This document shows, one piece after another, positions 47,900 through 57,038 of a stretch of DNA of 64,000 nucleotides. How positions within the stretch are numbered: position 1 is the first letter of the stretch; the number at the start of each line of letters is the position of its first letter. A model generated the notes under the pieces. That model saw only the letters and a program-made list of their open reading frames with translations, made no database searches and was not told the DNA's origin. The DNA is from Shigella phage CWP003: sequence record OL856099. One strand, given 5' to 3'. A program made the position numbers and the translations under genes.

Positions 47900-48074
47900 A
47901 GCTTTACAAGTCCTCATCCACTACCTGACACGCCTTTATCCAACGGCGCACGAGCAGAATCCATCAACTGGTCACCTGTTTAAGCGCCGTAACCTTTCGT
48001 TGAAAACATTCGCTTTAATCCAATACGACCGCTACCTGGACGGGCGCTACTGTGGCCCGAAGGACTCACTATGA
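47865..48074 (+). CDS. hypothetical small protein
   Basis: GAGGGTAG RBS; overlaps upstream ORF by 35 nt. Confidence 0.35.
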   Translation: MNTQGRITKQRRALQVLIHYLTRLYPTAHEQNPSTGHLFKRRNLSLKTFALIQYDRYLDGRYCGPKDSL

Positions 48075-48349
48075 TTACTACATACAAAGTGTTCTTTGTC
48101 AAGTGCACATCATCGATTGATGACCAGTTTACTGCTGGAAAGAATTATCCCGTGATTTCTGAGTCAAGACTAGATATAATCTTGAACGATCATGAAATCT
48201 ATGAGCCGATGCCAGCAACTGCGTTTGATGTTATCGGTCACGTTCGGATTAAGACGAATATTGAAACGATGCATGACCCGTTGTTCAAGAAGCAGATTAA
48301 GAATGCCATGCAAGACTTTTGCGCAGCAATGTTTAAATACTATAAGTGA
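48071..48349 (+). CDS. hypothetical small protein
   Basis: ATGA start/stop overlap. Confidence 0.4.
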   Translation: MITTYKVFFVKCTSSIDDQFTAGKNYPVISESRLDIILNDHEIYEPMPATAFDVIGHVRIKTNIETMHDPLFKKQIKNAMQDFCAAMFKYYK

Positions 48350-48356
48350 GTTGAAG

Positions 48357-48578
48357 ATGAGAAAGAAAACTCTTAAGGCTGGGGACCGCATCCGTTGGAT
48401 GTCAGGACAGAATATGCGCGCAGGCACCATCCTTGAGCTGGATCAATACCTTACTGATTCGCGTGGTCGCAATCACTATCGCGTTCGAATCGATACGGTA
48501 AAAGAAGATGACAAGTCACTGGTTGGTGAAGTGGTCATCGTTACTCCACGTCAAATTAAGGCGGCTTGCGAAGCATGA
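48357..48578 (+). CDS. hypothetical small protein
   Basis: ATG at 48357 within table ORF 48192-48578. Confidence 0.4.
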   Translation: MRKKTLKAGDRIRWMSGQNMRAGTILELDQYLTDSRGRNHYRVRIDTVKEDDKSLVGEVVIVTPRQIKAACEA

Positions 48579-48732
48579 ATAAATTTCAGTTCAAAGATAA
48601 CAAGATCAGTAAAGCAGACGCAATCAAGCAGCTTCGCCGCGTACTTGAAGCCAGCGGCCATACAAAAGAGCGTGCACGCGTCTTAGCCAAAGAACATTAT
48701 AAACGTTTTGTGTCACAAATCAGAGGTTGACC

Positions 48733-49080
48733 ATGGCTCATGTTAAAGATGAAACGCTGTATGGCGCAGAGATTAAGAAGCGCGTGCGTGAGATGGCTGA
48801 AGGCGGTACGTTGATACCGTCGCGAGTCCGCTGCGACCACGTGATTGGCGTGTCCGGTACGAAGGAGATGGGCGTGTTGGTAAAAGACATTCGCGTTGGC
48901 GATGTCATGGTCATCGACCGACAAGCGCGAGTTGTTATCCAGGTGCAACCGAACGATGATGAAGGATGTGTCCTATTGAAGCTGAAGAAGCTTTCATCCA
49001 GCCCAGCAAAGGCCGTCATCAAGAAGGTCTGGCCCGAAGGATTACGCAAACTCATTCGTCGACCAGTGGAGAATGCATAA
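48733..49080 (+). CDS. hypothetical small protein
   Basis: ATG at 48733 after GAGG. Confidence 0.4.
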   Translation: MAHVKDETLYGAEIKKRVREMAEGGTLIPSRVRCDHVIGVSGTKEMGVLVKDIRVGDVMVIDRQARVVIQVQPNDDEGCVLLKLKKLSSSPAKAVIKKVWPEGLRKLIRRPVENA

Positions 49081-49358
49081 TGAATAAAGATACCTTCAAC
49101 GAAAGATTGGCGAAATTTGAAAAAGAGCAAGGTGAAAGGCCGTTAAAAGTACGTTTGAATGTTGATAGAAATTACGGTTTGGACATTCAGACTTATAGCT
49201 TGTGGCTGGTAGGTCGTTCGAGCTTTGACGATGCATTAATAATGGGAGTTGACACGCTTTTCTTAGAAAGATTTAAAAGCAATAAAAAGGCTATCGATTG
49301 CTTATCACGATATGAAAAATGGCTTGTTAAGTATTATAAAGAACGGGAGAATGTATAA
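49080..49358 (+). CDS. hypothetical small protein
   Basis: ATG overlapping upstream stop. Confidence 0.4.
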   Translation: MNKDTFNERLAKFEKEQGERPLKVRLNVDRNYGLDIQTYSLWLVGRSSFDDALIMGVDTLFLERFKSNKKAIDCLSRYEKWLVKYYKERENV

Positions 49359-49594
49359 TGGAAGATTATATTAATTCTATGTACATGGCATTCTATGTCG
49401 TGCAACTTCCCAATGGCGCGGTATTTTATGGCGAGTATACCTTTGACGTTCAATATGACGTCTCAGAGCGTACAGTGTTAACAAGGGAGTTGATTGCGGA
49501 CCTTAAGGACGACATCAAGCGCGTCGCGCGGCAGCAGTTCAATTTGGATGACACCGTCATCGTTCGAATTACCGGAATAACAGAGGTGCAGTGA
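49358..49594 (+). CDS. hypothetical small protein
   Basis: start overlaps upstream stop; GGGAGAA RBS. Confidence 0.4.
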   Translation: MEDYINSMYMAFYVVQLPNGAVFYGEYTFDVQYDVSERTVLTRELIADLKDDIKRVARQQFNLDDTVIVRITGITEVQ

Positions 49595-49923
49595 TGACCC
49601 GTGATCAGATACTCGCCGCGCATGAGCGTGGGTTGATAAAGGAAGTGTGGAAGAAGGCCAATGCCTTTGCTGATTCTTATTACTTCTTAAAGAAGTGCAT
49701 CAAGCAAAACGCAAAGATGGATAACACTGTATTGACATTCAACCTTTTGTCTAACGGAGCGAAGCTTGATGCAATATGCGGTTGCAGAATTGCCAGTGTG
49801 ATGTTTGAACGAGGTGCTCACAAAGACTCTTTCTTCTATCAATTCTCTCACCGGACGGGTGATACAAAGATAACAAGGACGCGTGAAGAGCTGGAGATTG
49901 ACCTACTCCACTATGTAAAATGA
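49591..49923 (+). CDS. hypothetical small protein
   Basis: ATGA overlap. Confidence 0.4.
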   Translation: MMTRDQILAAHERGLIKEVWKKANAFADSYYFLKKCIKQNAKMDNTVLTFNLLSNGAKLDAICGCRIASVMFERGAHKDSFFYQFSHRTGDTKITRTREELEIDLLHYVK

Positions 49924-49928
49924 ATATC

Positions 49929-49976
49929 AAAAAGGTGAGCTAAATGCTTGCCTTTTCTTTTATCAATACTTATACT
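49929..49976 (+). promoter_or_regulatory. conserved promoter box, copy 1
   Basis: CAAAAAGGTGAGCTAAATGCTTGCCTTTT, then TTGCCT-17-TATACT; near-identical copy at 51441. Confidence 0.4.
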
Positions 49977-50008
49977 CTTTTCATCAAGACTAACAAGCGA
50001 GGTGAATT

Positions 50009-50257
50009 ATGGAACGTTATATAGATGCAGAGTGCTTGATAAGTGCAGGTTTGAATGAGGCTGTAGAAGGAAGTAAATATGCCATCTGTCAATCTGATTA
50101 TCCGTACAAAGATACTTTTTGGATTGAATTTGGATCAAAAGGGAGTAAGCACCACGTCACTTATGACGTTTGGAAAGCACCAAGCGGACTTTTTTACATT
50201 TTAAAACGTCATTGCCAGCCAGAGTCAGGCGCATTGGCCATATTCAAGGAGGTGTGA
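50009..50257 (+). CDS. hypothetical small protein
   Basis: GAGGTGA RBS. Confidence 0.4.
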   Translation: MERYIDAECLISAGLNEAVEGSKYAICQSDYPYKDTFWIEFGSKGSKHHVTYDVWKAPSGLFYILKRHCQPESGALAIFKEV

Positions 50258-50259
50258 TT

Positions 50260-50577
50260 ATGATTTACTTAGGCATCGACAAGGAACAAGACGAGCGGTT
50301 AGGAAGCGTATTAAACGTGGACTTAAACACATCTGTACACATCAAGCCTTGGCCAGAGGCGCACCCCGACGTAGTTGTACCCGTTGCGCCTTGGGCGCGT
50401 TACGTTGCCATTGACAATGATGGACTTGTCCATTGTTACTCAGAAAAGCCGACATACTTCGAAAAGTATCACCAATGGCTTATGACTGGATGGGCATTGG
50501 TGCGCTGTTGCGGCGAAGTCGGTCTGGAAGGCTGGAGCTTCGAGGCCAGTGAATCGTGTGTCGAGGTGCAATTATGA
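50260..50577 (+). CDS. hypothetical small protein
   Basis: AAGGAGG RBS before ATG 50260. Confidence 0.4.
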   Translation: MIYLGIDKEQDERLGSVLNVDLNTSVHIKPWPEAHPDVVVPVAPWARYVAIDNDGLVHCYSEKPTYFEKYHQWLMTGWALVRCCGEVGLEGWSFEASESCVEVQL

Positions 50578-50792
50578 ATGCCGCGCTGGGTAAGTTGTCT
50601 TTTAACAAGCGCAATGAGCTGCGCATGGTATCGCGCTTTCAACAAACGCATTTATCACTAATCAAGATTGCAAACAAGGCCTACTCTCTAAATTGTCCTG
50701 AAGAAGAATGGAAAGAATTGAATGAGCGTCGTAAACAATTACAAAAGGCTGCATTCAAGCTGCAGCAATATGCTATGGAGTATGCAAAATGA
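50574..50792 (+). CDS. hypothetical small protein
   Basis: ATGA overlap. Confidence 0.4.
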   Translation: MNAALGKLSFNKRNELRMVSRFQQTHLSLIKIANKAYSLNCPEEEWKELNERRKQLQKAAFKLQQYAMEYAK

Positions 50793-51181
50793 GAATGAAA
50801 CGTTGCCCGTATTGCCACGATGTGATGCGTCTATCACACGAAGGATTTGTTAATCACATGAATGGCTGTGATAAGAATCCTAGAAATGAAAGCAACCTTG
50901 AAGAAAGAATGTTTCTGGTGTCATTCAAGTATTCAGCTTATGACGCGCAACTGGCTTACGGTGCGAGCGGTGCACCAAGTGCTATTAACTGCCCAACGAC
51001 ATTGAGAAGTGACATCGACTCAATCCAACTTGCGGCTTGGATTAACGTTAAGGAAGGAATCACGCCGCACTTTATCGCGCGCATCCAATCCCAGATTCTA
51101 CAAATCAAGCGCGAATACAACCGTGACATCACTGAAGTGAAGGTGCTTTCCATTACGCCGATGAATAAGGAGTTGCCGTGA
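50789..51181 (+). CDS. hypothetical protein with N-terminal Cys/His zinc-binding-like motif
   Basis: CPYCH...H...C near N-terminus; ATGA overlap. Confidence 0.4.
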   Translation: MRMKRCPYCHDVMRLSHEGFVNHMNGCDKNPRNESNLEERMFLVSFKYSAYDAQLAYGASGAPSAINCPTTLRSDIDSIQLAAWINVKEGITPHFIARIQSQILQIKREYNRDITEVKVLSITPMNKELP

Positions 51182-51438
51182 ACAAGGGTCCGATGACTAA
51201 GTTAGCCGTTGCCGCGCGGAAGCTTCGACAAGCCGTTAATGGGTCGCGGCCCGTGGTGTTAACACTCGACGATGCAAAGGCACTGGTAGAGCTACTCGAC
51301 GAGCACAACCGACGCAAGAATCTGGAGAACACATTACGCTGGCGCGTCACTCCAGCCGGGCGGGAGAGCGAGAAGAAAGCTTACTTGCGACGCAAACTAA
51401 GGTCAGTCGGCCTCCACGAAGAGGCGAAGAAGATTTGA
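51178..51438 (+). CDS. hypothetical small basic protein
   Basis: GTGA overlap; Lys/Arg-rich. Confidence 0.4.
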   Translation: MNKGPMTKLAVAARKLRQAVNGSRPVVLTLDDAKALVELLDEHNRRKNLENTLRWRVTPAGRESEKKAYLRRKLRSVGLHEEAKKI

Positions 51439-51440
51439 TT

Positions 51441-51488
51441 CAAAAAGGTGAGCTAAATGCTTGCCTTTTTATTTACCTGTATTATACT
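51441..51488 (+). promoter_or_regulatory. conserved promoter box, copy 2
   Basis: same box as 49929; TTGCCT-16-TATACT. Confidence 0.4.
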
Positions 51489-51516
51489 TATTTCATCAAG
51501 CAAAGGAGAATTGATT

Positions 51517-51822
51517 ATGAGTTATGACGAAAGGTTTGGCAGAAGCGGATTATTTCATGACGCTGTACACAAAGACAGCCAAGATGTTGTCTGCGTAGCA
51601 TTTAATGAATCTTATTACGGCGTGTTCAAGCCGTTTAAGGTCGGTGAGACATACGAATTGTTTCACGGCTGGTTGACGCGTCGCAACAACTTGCCTGATA
51701 TGGAAGTATGGTGGATAGAATACAAGGGTCAGGCTCATCGGTGCAAAGTTGTAGAGATGCACGGCGTCAAATACTATCAATCTATTATCAGCGGCTTTGT
51801 TTTTAAAGAGGGTGAGCTATGA
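51517..51822 (+). CDS. hypothetical small protein
   Basis: AAGGAG RBS before ATG 51517. Confidence 0.4.
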   Translation: MSYDERFGRSGLFHDAVHKDSQDVVCVAFNESYYGVFKPFKVGETYELFHGWLTRRNNLPDMEVWWIEYKGQAHRCKVVEMHGVKYYQSIISGFVFKEGEL

Positions 51823-52124
51823 GTACAGAAGCAATGAAGAAAAAGGTTTTGAACGCTTTGCAAGAAGCCGTGAACTGTGGTGCCATTAAAACGTTCACAG
51901 AAAGGAACGTCGGTGAAGTGACGGTGCACGGATTTAACAATAACAAAAATGGAATTGCAGCCATCATGCTTTTAAAGAATAGCGATGACACATTCATCCT
52001 TTACGTTGGCGGATATGAGCTTATCGTTGATGATTTGTTTATCACTTGCGCTGACGGCCTTAACCCGATGTTAACGTTCGAGCGTCGCGGCATCCGTGTT
52101 GCAACATTTGGAGGGAAGTTATGA
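51819..52124 (+). CDS. hypothetical small protein
   Basis: ATGA overlap. Confidence 0.4.
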   Translation: MSTEAMKKKVLNALQEAVNCGAIKTFTERNVGEVTVHGFNNNKNGIAAIMLLKNSDDTFILYVGGYELIVDDLFITCADGLNPMLTFERRGIRVATFGGKL

Positions 52125-52306
52125 GTACCGAAGTCCACAACGCATCAGCCTTGGTAAGCTTTTACCGTAACAAAGGCGTGTCGCTCGTTAAAACGCCGCA
52201 AGGGATGTTGTTCTTTGGCACGCGATTCCTGAAAGCATCGGAGCGTGAAACGCTGTCCAAGTTCGACCAGAAAACATTACACGCAGTTTGGAGAAGACAA
52301 CAATGA
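52121..52306 (+). CDS. hypothetical small protein
   Basis: ATGA overlap. Confidence 0.35.
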   Translation: MSTEVHNASALVSFYRNKGVSLVKTPQGMLFFGTRFLKASERETLSKFDQKTLHAVWRRQQ

Positions 52307-52596
52307 GACTAAGCCTAGCGCAAATTCAAACATTGTACCGAATGGAAGATGGAACGCCATACATGCTGCGCGGCGACCGCAAGAAGGCTTATGAAAAGCG
52401 GCCATCACTGTTCCACGACATCAATGCGCCGTCAATCCCTGTCTTATTCCGGTTGGGCCTTGTTGATTGGGCAGCGCCAGGAGAGAAAGACCCGACGCGC
52501 TATTCATCCGTGGTGATGACAAAAGCAGGTCGCGCGGCATTAAAAGAAATTAAAGAGAGTATGGCTGGAGGTAAATATTATGGCATCAAATCTTAA
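52303..52596 (+). CDS. hypothetical small protein
   Basis: ATGA overlap at 52303. Confidence 0.4.
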   Translation: MRLSLAQIQTLYRMEDGTPYMLRGDRKKAYEKRPSLFHDINAPSIPVLFRLGLVDWAAPGEKDPTRYSSVVMTKAGRAALKEIKESMAGGKYYGIKS

Positions 52597-52816
52597 AGCC
52601 CGTTTATTATTCATCAAGCCGCATGTGCCGTATAAGATTAGCAAACGCACCTGGCTTAATATTTACAACCGCAGCGGCGACCGTTGCTTGTACAAGGCGA
52701 AGCGACGCAAGAAGGTATATTTAAAAGCGGTGATGTCGAAGCCCGTCGATGCATTCACCATCGGCGAAAATGAATTGTCAATCGGCTATCAAATTGAACT
52801 CGGAGTAAAGAAATGA
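52580..52816 (+). CDS. hypothetical small basic protein
   Basis: GGAGG RBS; overlaps upstream by 17 nt. Confidence 0.35.
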   Translation: MASNLKARLLFIKPHVPYKISKRTWLNIYNRSGDRCLYKAKRRKKVYLKAVMSKPVDAFTIGENELSIGYQIELGVKK

Positions 52817-53322
52817 AAATCGAACAACTCGAAGCAGTATTGGAAATGGCCGTAAAGGCAGGCGCAATCAAAAGCTATCGTCGCGAGAAGTCAGATAGCG
52901 ACAGGGTGTTTTGTCGCAACTTCTATATCGTCGGCAACCTTAACGACCACTACGCCATCGAGTGGTATATTAACATAATGACCCTTAAGTCGCGCACAAT
53001 GGAGCTTTGGTGCGATGACATCTGTCTTTCGAATACTCACCCAAGCTATGATGTCGCCCTGGCATTCTATCACGGAAGCCGTCAACCTGTCGCCCACATC
53101 GGTGAGAAGCATGAGCATCTTAAGGCGCAACCAGAGGAATCAATGGAAGGCTGGATTGAATGGGCTGGCGGCGAGAATCCGGTGCCTGGTAAGAAGGTCA
53201 AGTATAAGTTGCGCGACGGCGATGAATCAAGAAAGCCTGTTCTTTCAGATGATTTGAGATGGGAGATGGTTGACGATTCTTATGCAGCTGACATCATCGC
53301 TTATCGCGTCGTGGAGGAATGA
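52813..53322 (+). CDS. hypothetical protein with C-terminal GGENPVPG domain (paralog of 54206)
   Basis: C-terminus WAGGENPVPGKKVKYKLRDG...DIIAYRVVEE shared with 54206-54781. Confidence 0.45.
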   Translation: MKIEQLEAVLEMAVKAGAIKSYRREKSDSDRVFCRNFYIVGNLNDHYAIEWYINIMTLKSRTMELWCDDICLSNTHPSYDVALAFYHGSRQPVAHIGEKHEHLKAQPEESMEGWIEWAGGENPVPGKKVKYKLRDGDESRKPVLSDDLRWEMVDDSYAADIIAYRVVEE

Positions 53323-53663
53323 TGGAAGAGCAAGAAGGCCGTGAACTAACGTTCGACGAGCAAATGAAAGAGCTTCAGCGCACATCGCCTCTGCGCGGTA
53401 AGGTTGTTGACATTGAGGCGAGCGAATCCAATCTCACCAAGTGGCGGCTCAAGTGCACCAGCACAAGCAAGGATATGTTAAGCTTCAAAGTCGGTCAGAC
53501 TTATTTGCTTTATGAGGCAAAAGGACTTATTATTGATGGAAGGCAAATTGTCTTCACGGTCGTCAACGGGATGCGTTGGTTCGTGAAGCGTGATGTCGAG
53601 GGTCGTGACATGTTTGTCGCAGGCTTTCCAGAAGCAAGATTCCAATTGGAGAAGATTAAATGA
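53319..53663 (+). CDS. hypothetical small protein
   Basis: ATGA overlap. Confidence 0.4.
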   Translation: MMEEQEGRELTFDEQMKELQRTSPLRGKVVDIEASESNLTKWRLKCTSTSKDMLSFKVGQTYLLYEAKGLIIDGRQIVFTVVNGMRWFVKRDVEGRDMFVAGFPEARFQLEKIK

Positions 53664-53992
53664 AATTGAAATGGTATGTGGACCCTGAGCCAACAGGCCA
53701 ATACAGGTCATTCCAACGTCGCGGCTGGCCGACTTGTTACAACGGTAATCCCGATAAAGAAGATTGCGAGCTGCTTGCCGCCATCGTAAGCCTCGACCAT
53801 CACGGCTATGAAGGCCACTACGCGAGAGCAACCAACCTTCGGCTCAAGGTGCGCATCCATTTCAAGGTCGCAGGCGAGGACCGCACCGGACTCTCCAAGG
53901 AAGAGTTCAGCAGCATCGCTGAAGCAAAGGCATGGCTCAAGGCATTCTATAAGAACAACCCTAAATTCTATCCAACTAAGGATGCGTCATGA
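53660..53992 (+). CDS. hypothetical small protein
   Basis: ATGA overlap. Confidence 0.4.
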   Translation: MKLKWYVDPEPTGQYRSFQRRGWPTCYNGNPDKEDCELLAAIVSLDHHGYEGHYARATNLRLKVRIHFKVAGEDRTGLSKEEFSSIAEAKAWLKAFYKNNPKFYPTKDAS

Positions 53993-54222
53993 CCGATAAA
54001 CAATACGCAGTCGGGCAGCGTGACATCGAGCAACTCGACGAGGGCGGCTATTATACGCGCCACATCTATGCCATGACGCATGAAGGACTTTACAGCAAGT
54101 CTGACATCGCTGCTGAACTGGCCCATCGTGACTTGCAAATTGACATGTTGCGTCTTGCTCTTGAGAAGCAAACACAAATCGCCATCGAAATTTTGGAGAA
54201 GTTAAATGATACAACGTTATGA
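53989..54222 (+). CDS. hypothetical small protein
   Basis: ATGA overlap. Confidence 0.4.
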   Translation: MTDKQYAVGQRDIEQLDEGGYYTRHIYAMTHEGLYSKSDIAAELAHRDLQIDMLRLALEKQTQIAIEILEKLNDTTL

Positions 54223-54781
54223 TGTTGATTATTGCACGCAGCACGCTTGCACATGCGAAGTTGTAAAGGATGATGAAGGCGGCTATGTTGAATATGAGGA
54301 CTATGCCGCGTTGGAAGCGAAATACAGTGAAGTAAAAAGTCGCGTCGAGCTGGAAGCGAAACATAGTGAAGTTAAAACGTATGCAGTAAACTGCAACGAC
54401 GCGTGGCTTAATACAAAGGGTGATGACACCTCTGGTTCATATGTCAAGTTTTCTGATTATGCCGCGCTGGAAGCGAAATATAGTGAAGCGCAACGCGAGT
54501 TGGTTGCATTACGCTCACAGGTCCGTGATGCATCGGCGCTCGTTAAGCAGTTGCACGATGTTGTTGCTACTATAGTCGTGGATGTTGATGCGCCGAAGGA
54601 AGAAGCGTGGACCGTGTGGCACGGTGGAGAGAATCCGGTGCCTGGGGAAATGGTTGAATACAAGCTGCGCAATGGAGAAGATAAAGTGCTGTCAAGACTC
54701 TCTGACCATCTTCACTGGGGTCATATAGGCGCGTTAAAGGGCAGCGACATCATCGCTTATCGGGTCGTTAAGGAGGGGTGA
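54206..54781 (+). CDS. hypothetical protein with internal DYAALEAKYSE repeat and C-terminal GGENPVPG domain
   Basis: GGAGAAG RBS; internal duplication at nt and protein level; C-terminal paralogy to 52813 gene. Confidence 0.45.
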   Translation: MIQRYDVDYCTQHACTCEVVKDDEGGYVEYEDYAALEAKYSEVKSRVELEAKHSEVKTYAVNCNDAWLNTKGDDTSGSYVKFSDYAALEAKYSEAQRELVALRSQVRDASALVKQLHDVVATIVVDVDAPKEEAWTVWHGGENPVPGEMVEYKLRNGEDKVLSRLSDHLHWGHIGALKGSDIIAYRVVKEG

Positions 54782-55314
54782 TGGGTAACAATGCAGGATG
54801 GGGCAAGCCGCGATACTCCAAACTTGCCCACTACTTTGACAATGGCGAACAAATCAGCTTGTGCGGCAAATTCAATAAGGGCAATACGGAGTTGACCGAC
54901 TCTCAAGAAATGGAGTCAAGTTTAACAATTGGTGATTGCGCGAAGTGTCGCAAGGCATTATATGAATTATTAACTCTAAAGGGATTGAAAGTTGCAAAAT
55001 CAAGGGATGAATGGGTCATGAACGTCTGTGAAGGGAATACAGAATTAATGGATGAATGGCTAAAGACGGATGCGGTCAATGCCATATTCAAAAGGAATTA
55101 TAAGACCTGTATGCGTTACAAGATGAAAGATGATATTATTTTTATGGTATTATCTTATTCAAGGAACACAACGGACGTCAAAAAGCTTCGACAATATCGC
55201 CACAAGGTCATGTGTGAATTGCGCCGTTTAGGAGTGATTGTTGATAATAATGTCATTAAAACGGAGTTGGAGAAGCGGGATAAAAGGAATGGTGACTGGA
55301 AGGTCAGCGGATAA
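54778..55314 (+). CDS. hypothetical protein (last gene of early operon)
   Basis: GTGA overlap; followed by 850-bp non-coding region. Confidence 0.45.
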   Translation: MMGNNAGWGKPRYSKLAHYFDNGEQISLCGKFNKGNTELTDSQEMESSLTIGDCAKCRKALYELLTLKGLKVAKSRDEWVMNVCEGNTELMDEWLKTDAVNAIFKRNYKTCMRYKMKDDIIFMVLSYSRNTTDVKKLRQYRHKVMCELRRLGVIVDNNVIKTELEKRDKRNGDWKVSG

Positions 55315-55580
55315 AGAACACTGTATTGCGTGTTTTGAATAATGGGATGTGTACAATTGGTCGCTTTACGCGGCCTTTTGTTGTTGTTTGGGTCGTGTTT
55401 CGTGATTGAATAATTATGAGGCGATGTTTTATTTATTAATTGTGCGGAAATATTTAGAAATATATATAGACAGGATTGTTAATATTTTAATAGTGTATGG
55501 CTATCGGTCCGTGGTGTTTGTTAGGAATTATCTATGGATTGAAATTTTAGTGTCGTGAAACGTGGTGTTTGAACATATTT

Positions 55581-55937
55581 GATACGCGTAAAATACGGCT
55601 AAAAATTAAGCGTATCATGGCTGCAGGCCGCGCCGTTCCTGGATTCCTCTTTTCCAAATTGGTACACCCTTACGTCATGATACGTCATGGTTTTTTATCC
55701 GTATCAGTGTACAGCCCTTGCCGCGCCTGGCTTGTACATTAATCTTACGGATGATACGGATAAAACTGGGCATCGTTATATATATAATTTGAAAAATTAA
55801 TTAACTCCATTTTGAATTAATTTAAATTAATTTTTTTCTACATCCTCATACTTATGTTAATTTATATATAACGTATTATCCGTAAGATATAAGTAAAAAC
55901 AAAGACTTGCGGCAATACGGATGATACGTCATGATAC
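55581..55937. repeat. second iteron-like array (GATACGGAT / ATCCGTATC units, GTCATGATACGTCATG variants) around an AT-rich core at 55770-55870
   Basis: CTTACGGATGATACGGATAAAAC 55744-55766 and TTTATCCGTATCA 55696-55708 closely match segments of the 3271-3531 array; AT-rich core shares ATTAATTTAAA(T)TA. Confidence 0.6.
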
Positions 55938-56103
55938 GCTTCAACCAGCCAGTAGCGGCTAAGTCATTGATTTGCATAACAAGCGGCGAAAGGGATGGAC
56001 TTCTTTTATACGTATCAAACAGTACACCACGCACCACGGTCCGATATTCATTCAGCACTATGATTTATGTACGTTTACAGCCAATTTGAACATCAATCTG
56101 CAC

Positions 56104-56132
56104 TTGAATATAATGTTCAATCATTATATAAT
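56104..56132 (+). promoter_or_regulatory. sigma70-type promoter for gene 56167
   Basis: TTGAAT-17-TATAAT. Confidence 0.45.
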
Positions 56133-56144
56133 TCACACTATTAA

Positions 56145-56168
56145 TTTGCACTATGGGATTTGCACTAT
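56145..56168 (+). promoter_or_regulatory. two tandem TTTGCACTAT motifs between -10 element and start codon (operator-like)
   Basis: copies at 56145-56154 and 56159-56168, the second overlapping ATG 56167. Confidence 0.45.
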
Positions 56169-56640
56169 GAGTCAAGATTATGTAGCAATGCCTGAAGACT
56201 TTGAAGACCCGCGATTTGCAGAGCATAATCAGGCATTATTCGATGAGTTCATCGACCTTGTTATTCAGGGCCATGACATGCGCGCAGCTTTTGCACTAGT
56301 ATTTGGCATGGAGGTTGCGACCGATAACTACACTGGCCAGCGAATCCTGTGCACTCAGCGCAATCCGTACTACAAGATGCGCTACAAAAAGCGTATGGAA
56401 GAGATGCCATTGAAGGAATTGTGGAGCGTAAAGAGTTCCATTCACAATTTAGTGAAGCTTGTGCGTGATCCAGAAGTCGCAGCATCAGCCAAGCTTAATG
56501 CCATTCGTGAACTGAATATCATCTACGGCATTACGATGATTGATGAAAACGGCAATAGTAAAATGGGCCGTTCCATGGATGATTTCTACAAGGATTTTGG
56601 AGAGGCGGCCAAAGAGGGTGAGCAATTCTCCCGCCACTAG
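56167..56640 (+). CDS. hypothetical protein (157 aa)
   Basis: ATG at 56167 within table ORF 55972-56640; GGGA 8 nt upstream; promoter at 56104. Confidence 0.45.
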   Translation: MSQDYVAMPEDFEDPRFAEHNQALFDEFIDLVIQGHDMRAAFALVFGMEVATDNYTGQRILCTQRNPYYKMRYKKRMEEMPLKELWSVKSSIHNLVKLVRDPEVAASAKLNAIRELNIIYGITMIDENGNSKMGRSMDDFYKDFGEAAKEGEQFSRH

Positions 56641-56644
56641 CCAA

Positions 56645-57038
56645 TTTGCACTATAAAACGGCCCTAGAACACATTTTCTCCACTTCTAGGGCCATCGGTA
56701 ATACGACGGGGAAGGCTGCAACCATAAACGCGTTAGAAAGTGTATTATTATAAGTCATCTTTTAGTCACTTTACGTAACAATTTACGACCTTCCGCCGTC
56801 CAGTCGAACGACTCCACCAGCAAATTTGCACTATAACCTAAGACGATGCGCCCTTTCTCGTTATCTACCCGCCAACAAGTCTCAAATAGCATTCGATTTG
56901 CACTATTAACTATCGCCGCAACGCGCGTTGGGTAAGCGCAATTTGCACTATGGTCATAAAGGGATAAGGTGCGACCACTTCCGATGGACAACGTAGCGAT
57001 GAGAATAAGCGTATTCATAAGCCACCAATTTGCACTAT
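56645..57038. repeat. array of five (A)ATTTGCACTAT motifs in about 400 bp
   Basis: copies at 56645, 56825, 56897, 56942, 57029; variants at 57334, 57344, 57613. Confidence 0.6.
56660..56693 (+). terminator. perfect 10-bp stem hairpin after gene 56167 (terminator or RNA element)
   Basis: GGCCCTAGAA, 14-nt loop, TTCTAGGGCC; no U-tract. Confidence 0.35.

Noticed and set aside
56167-56640. possible terminase small subunit next to repeat motifs (pac-like)
   Set aside because: No terminase large subunit is adjacent; the packaging genes are expected upstream of the portal, outside this window. Left as hypothetical
56755-57018. 87-aa minus-strand ORF
   Set aside because: It lies across the TTTGCACTAT motif array, has a poor RBS and no operon context; more likely non-coding regulatory DNA
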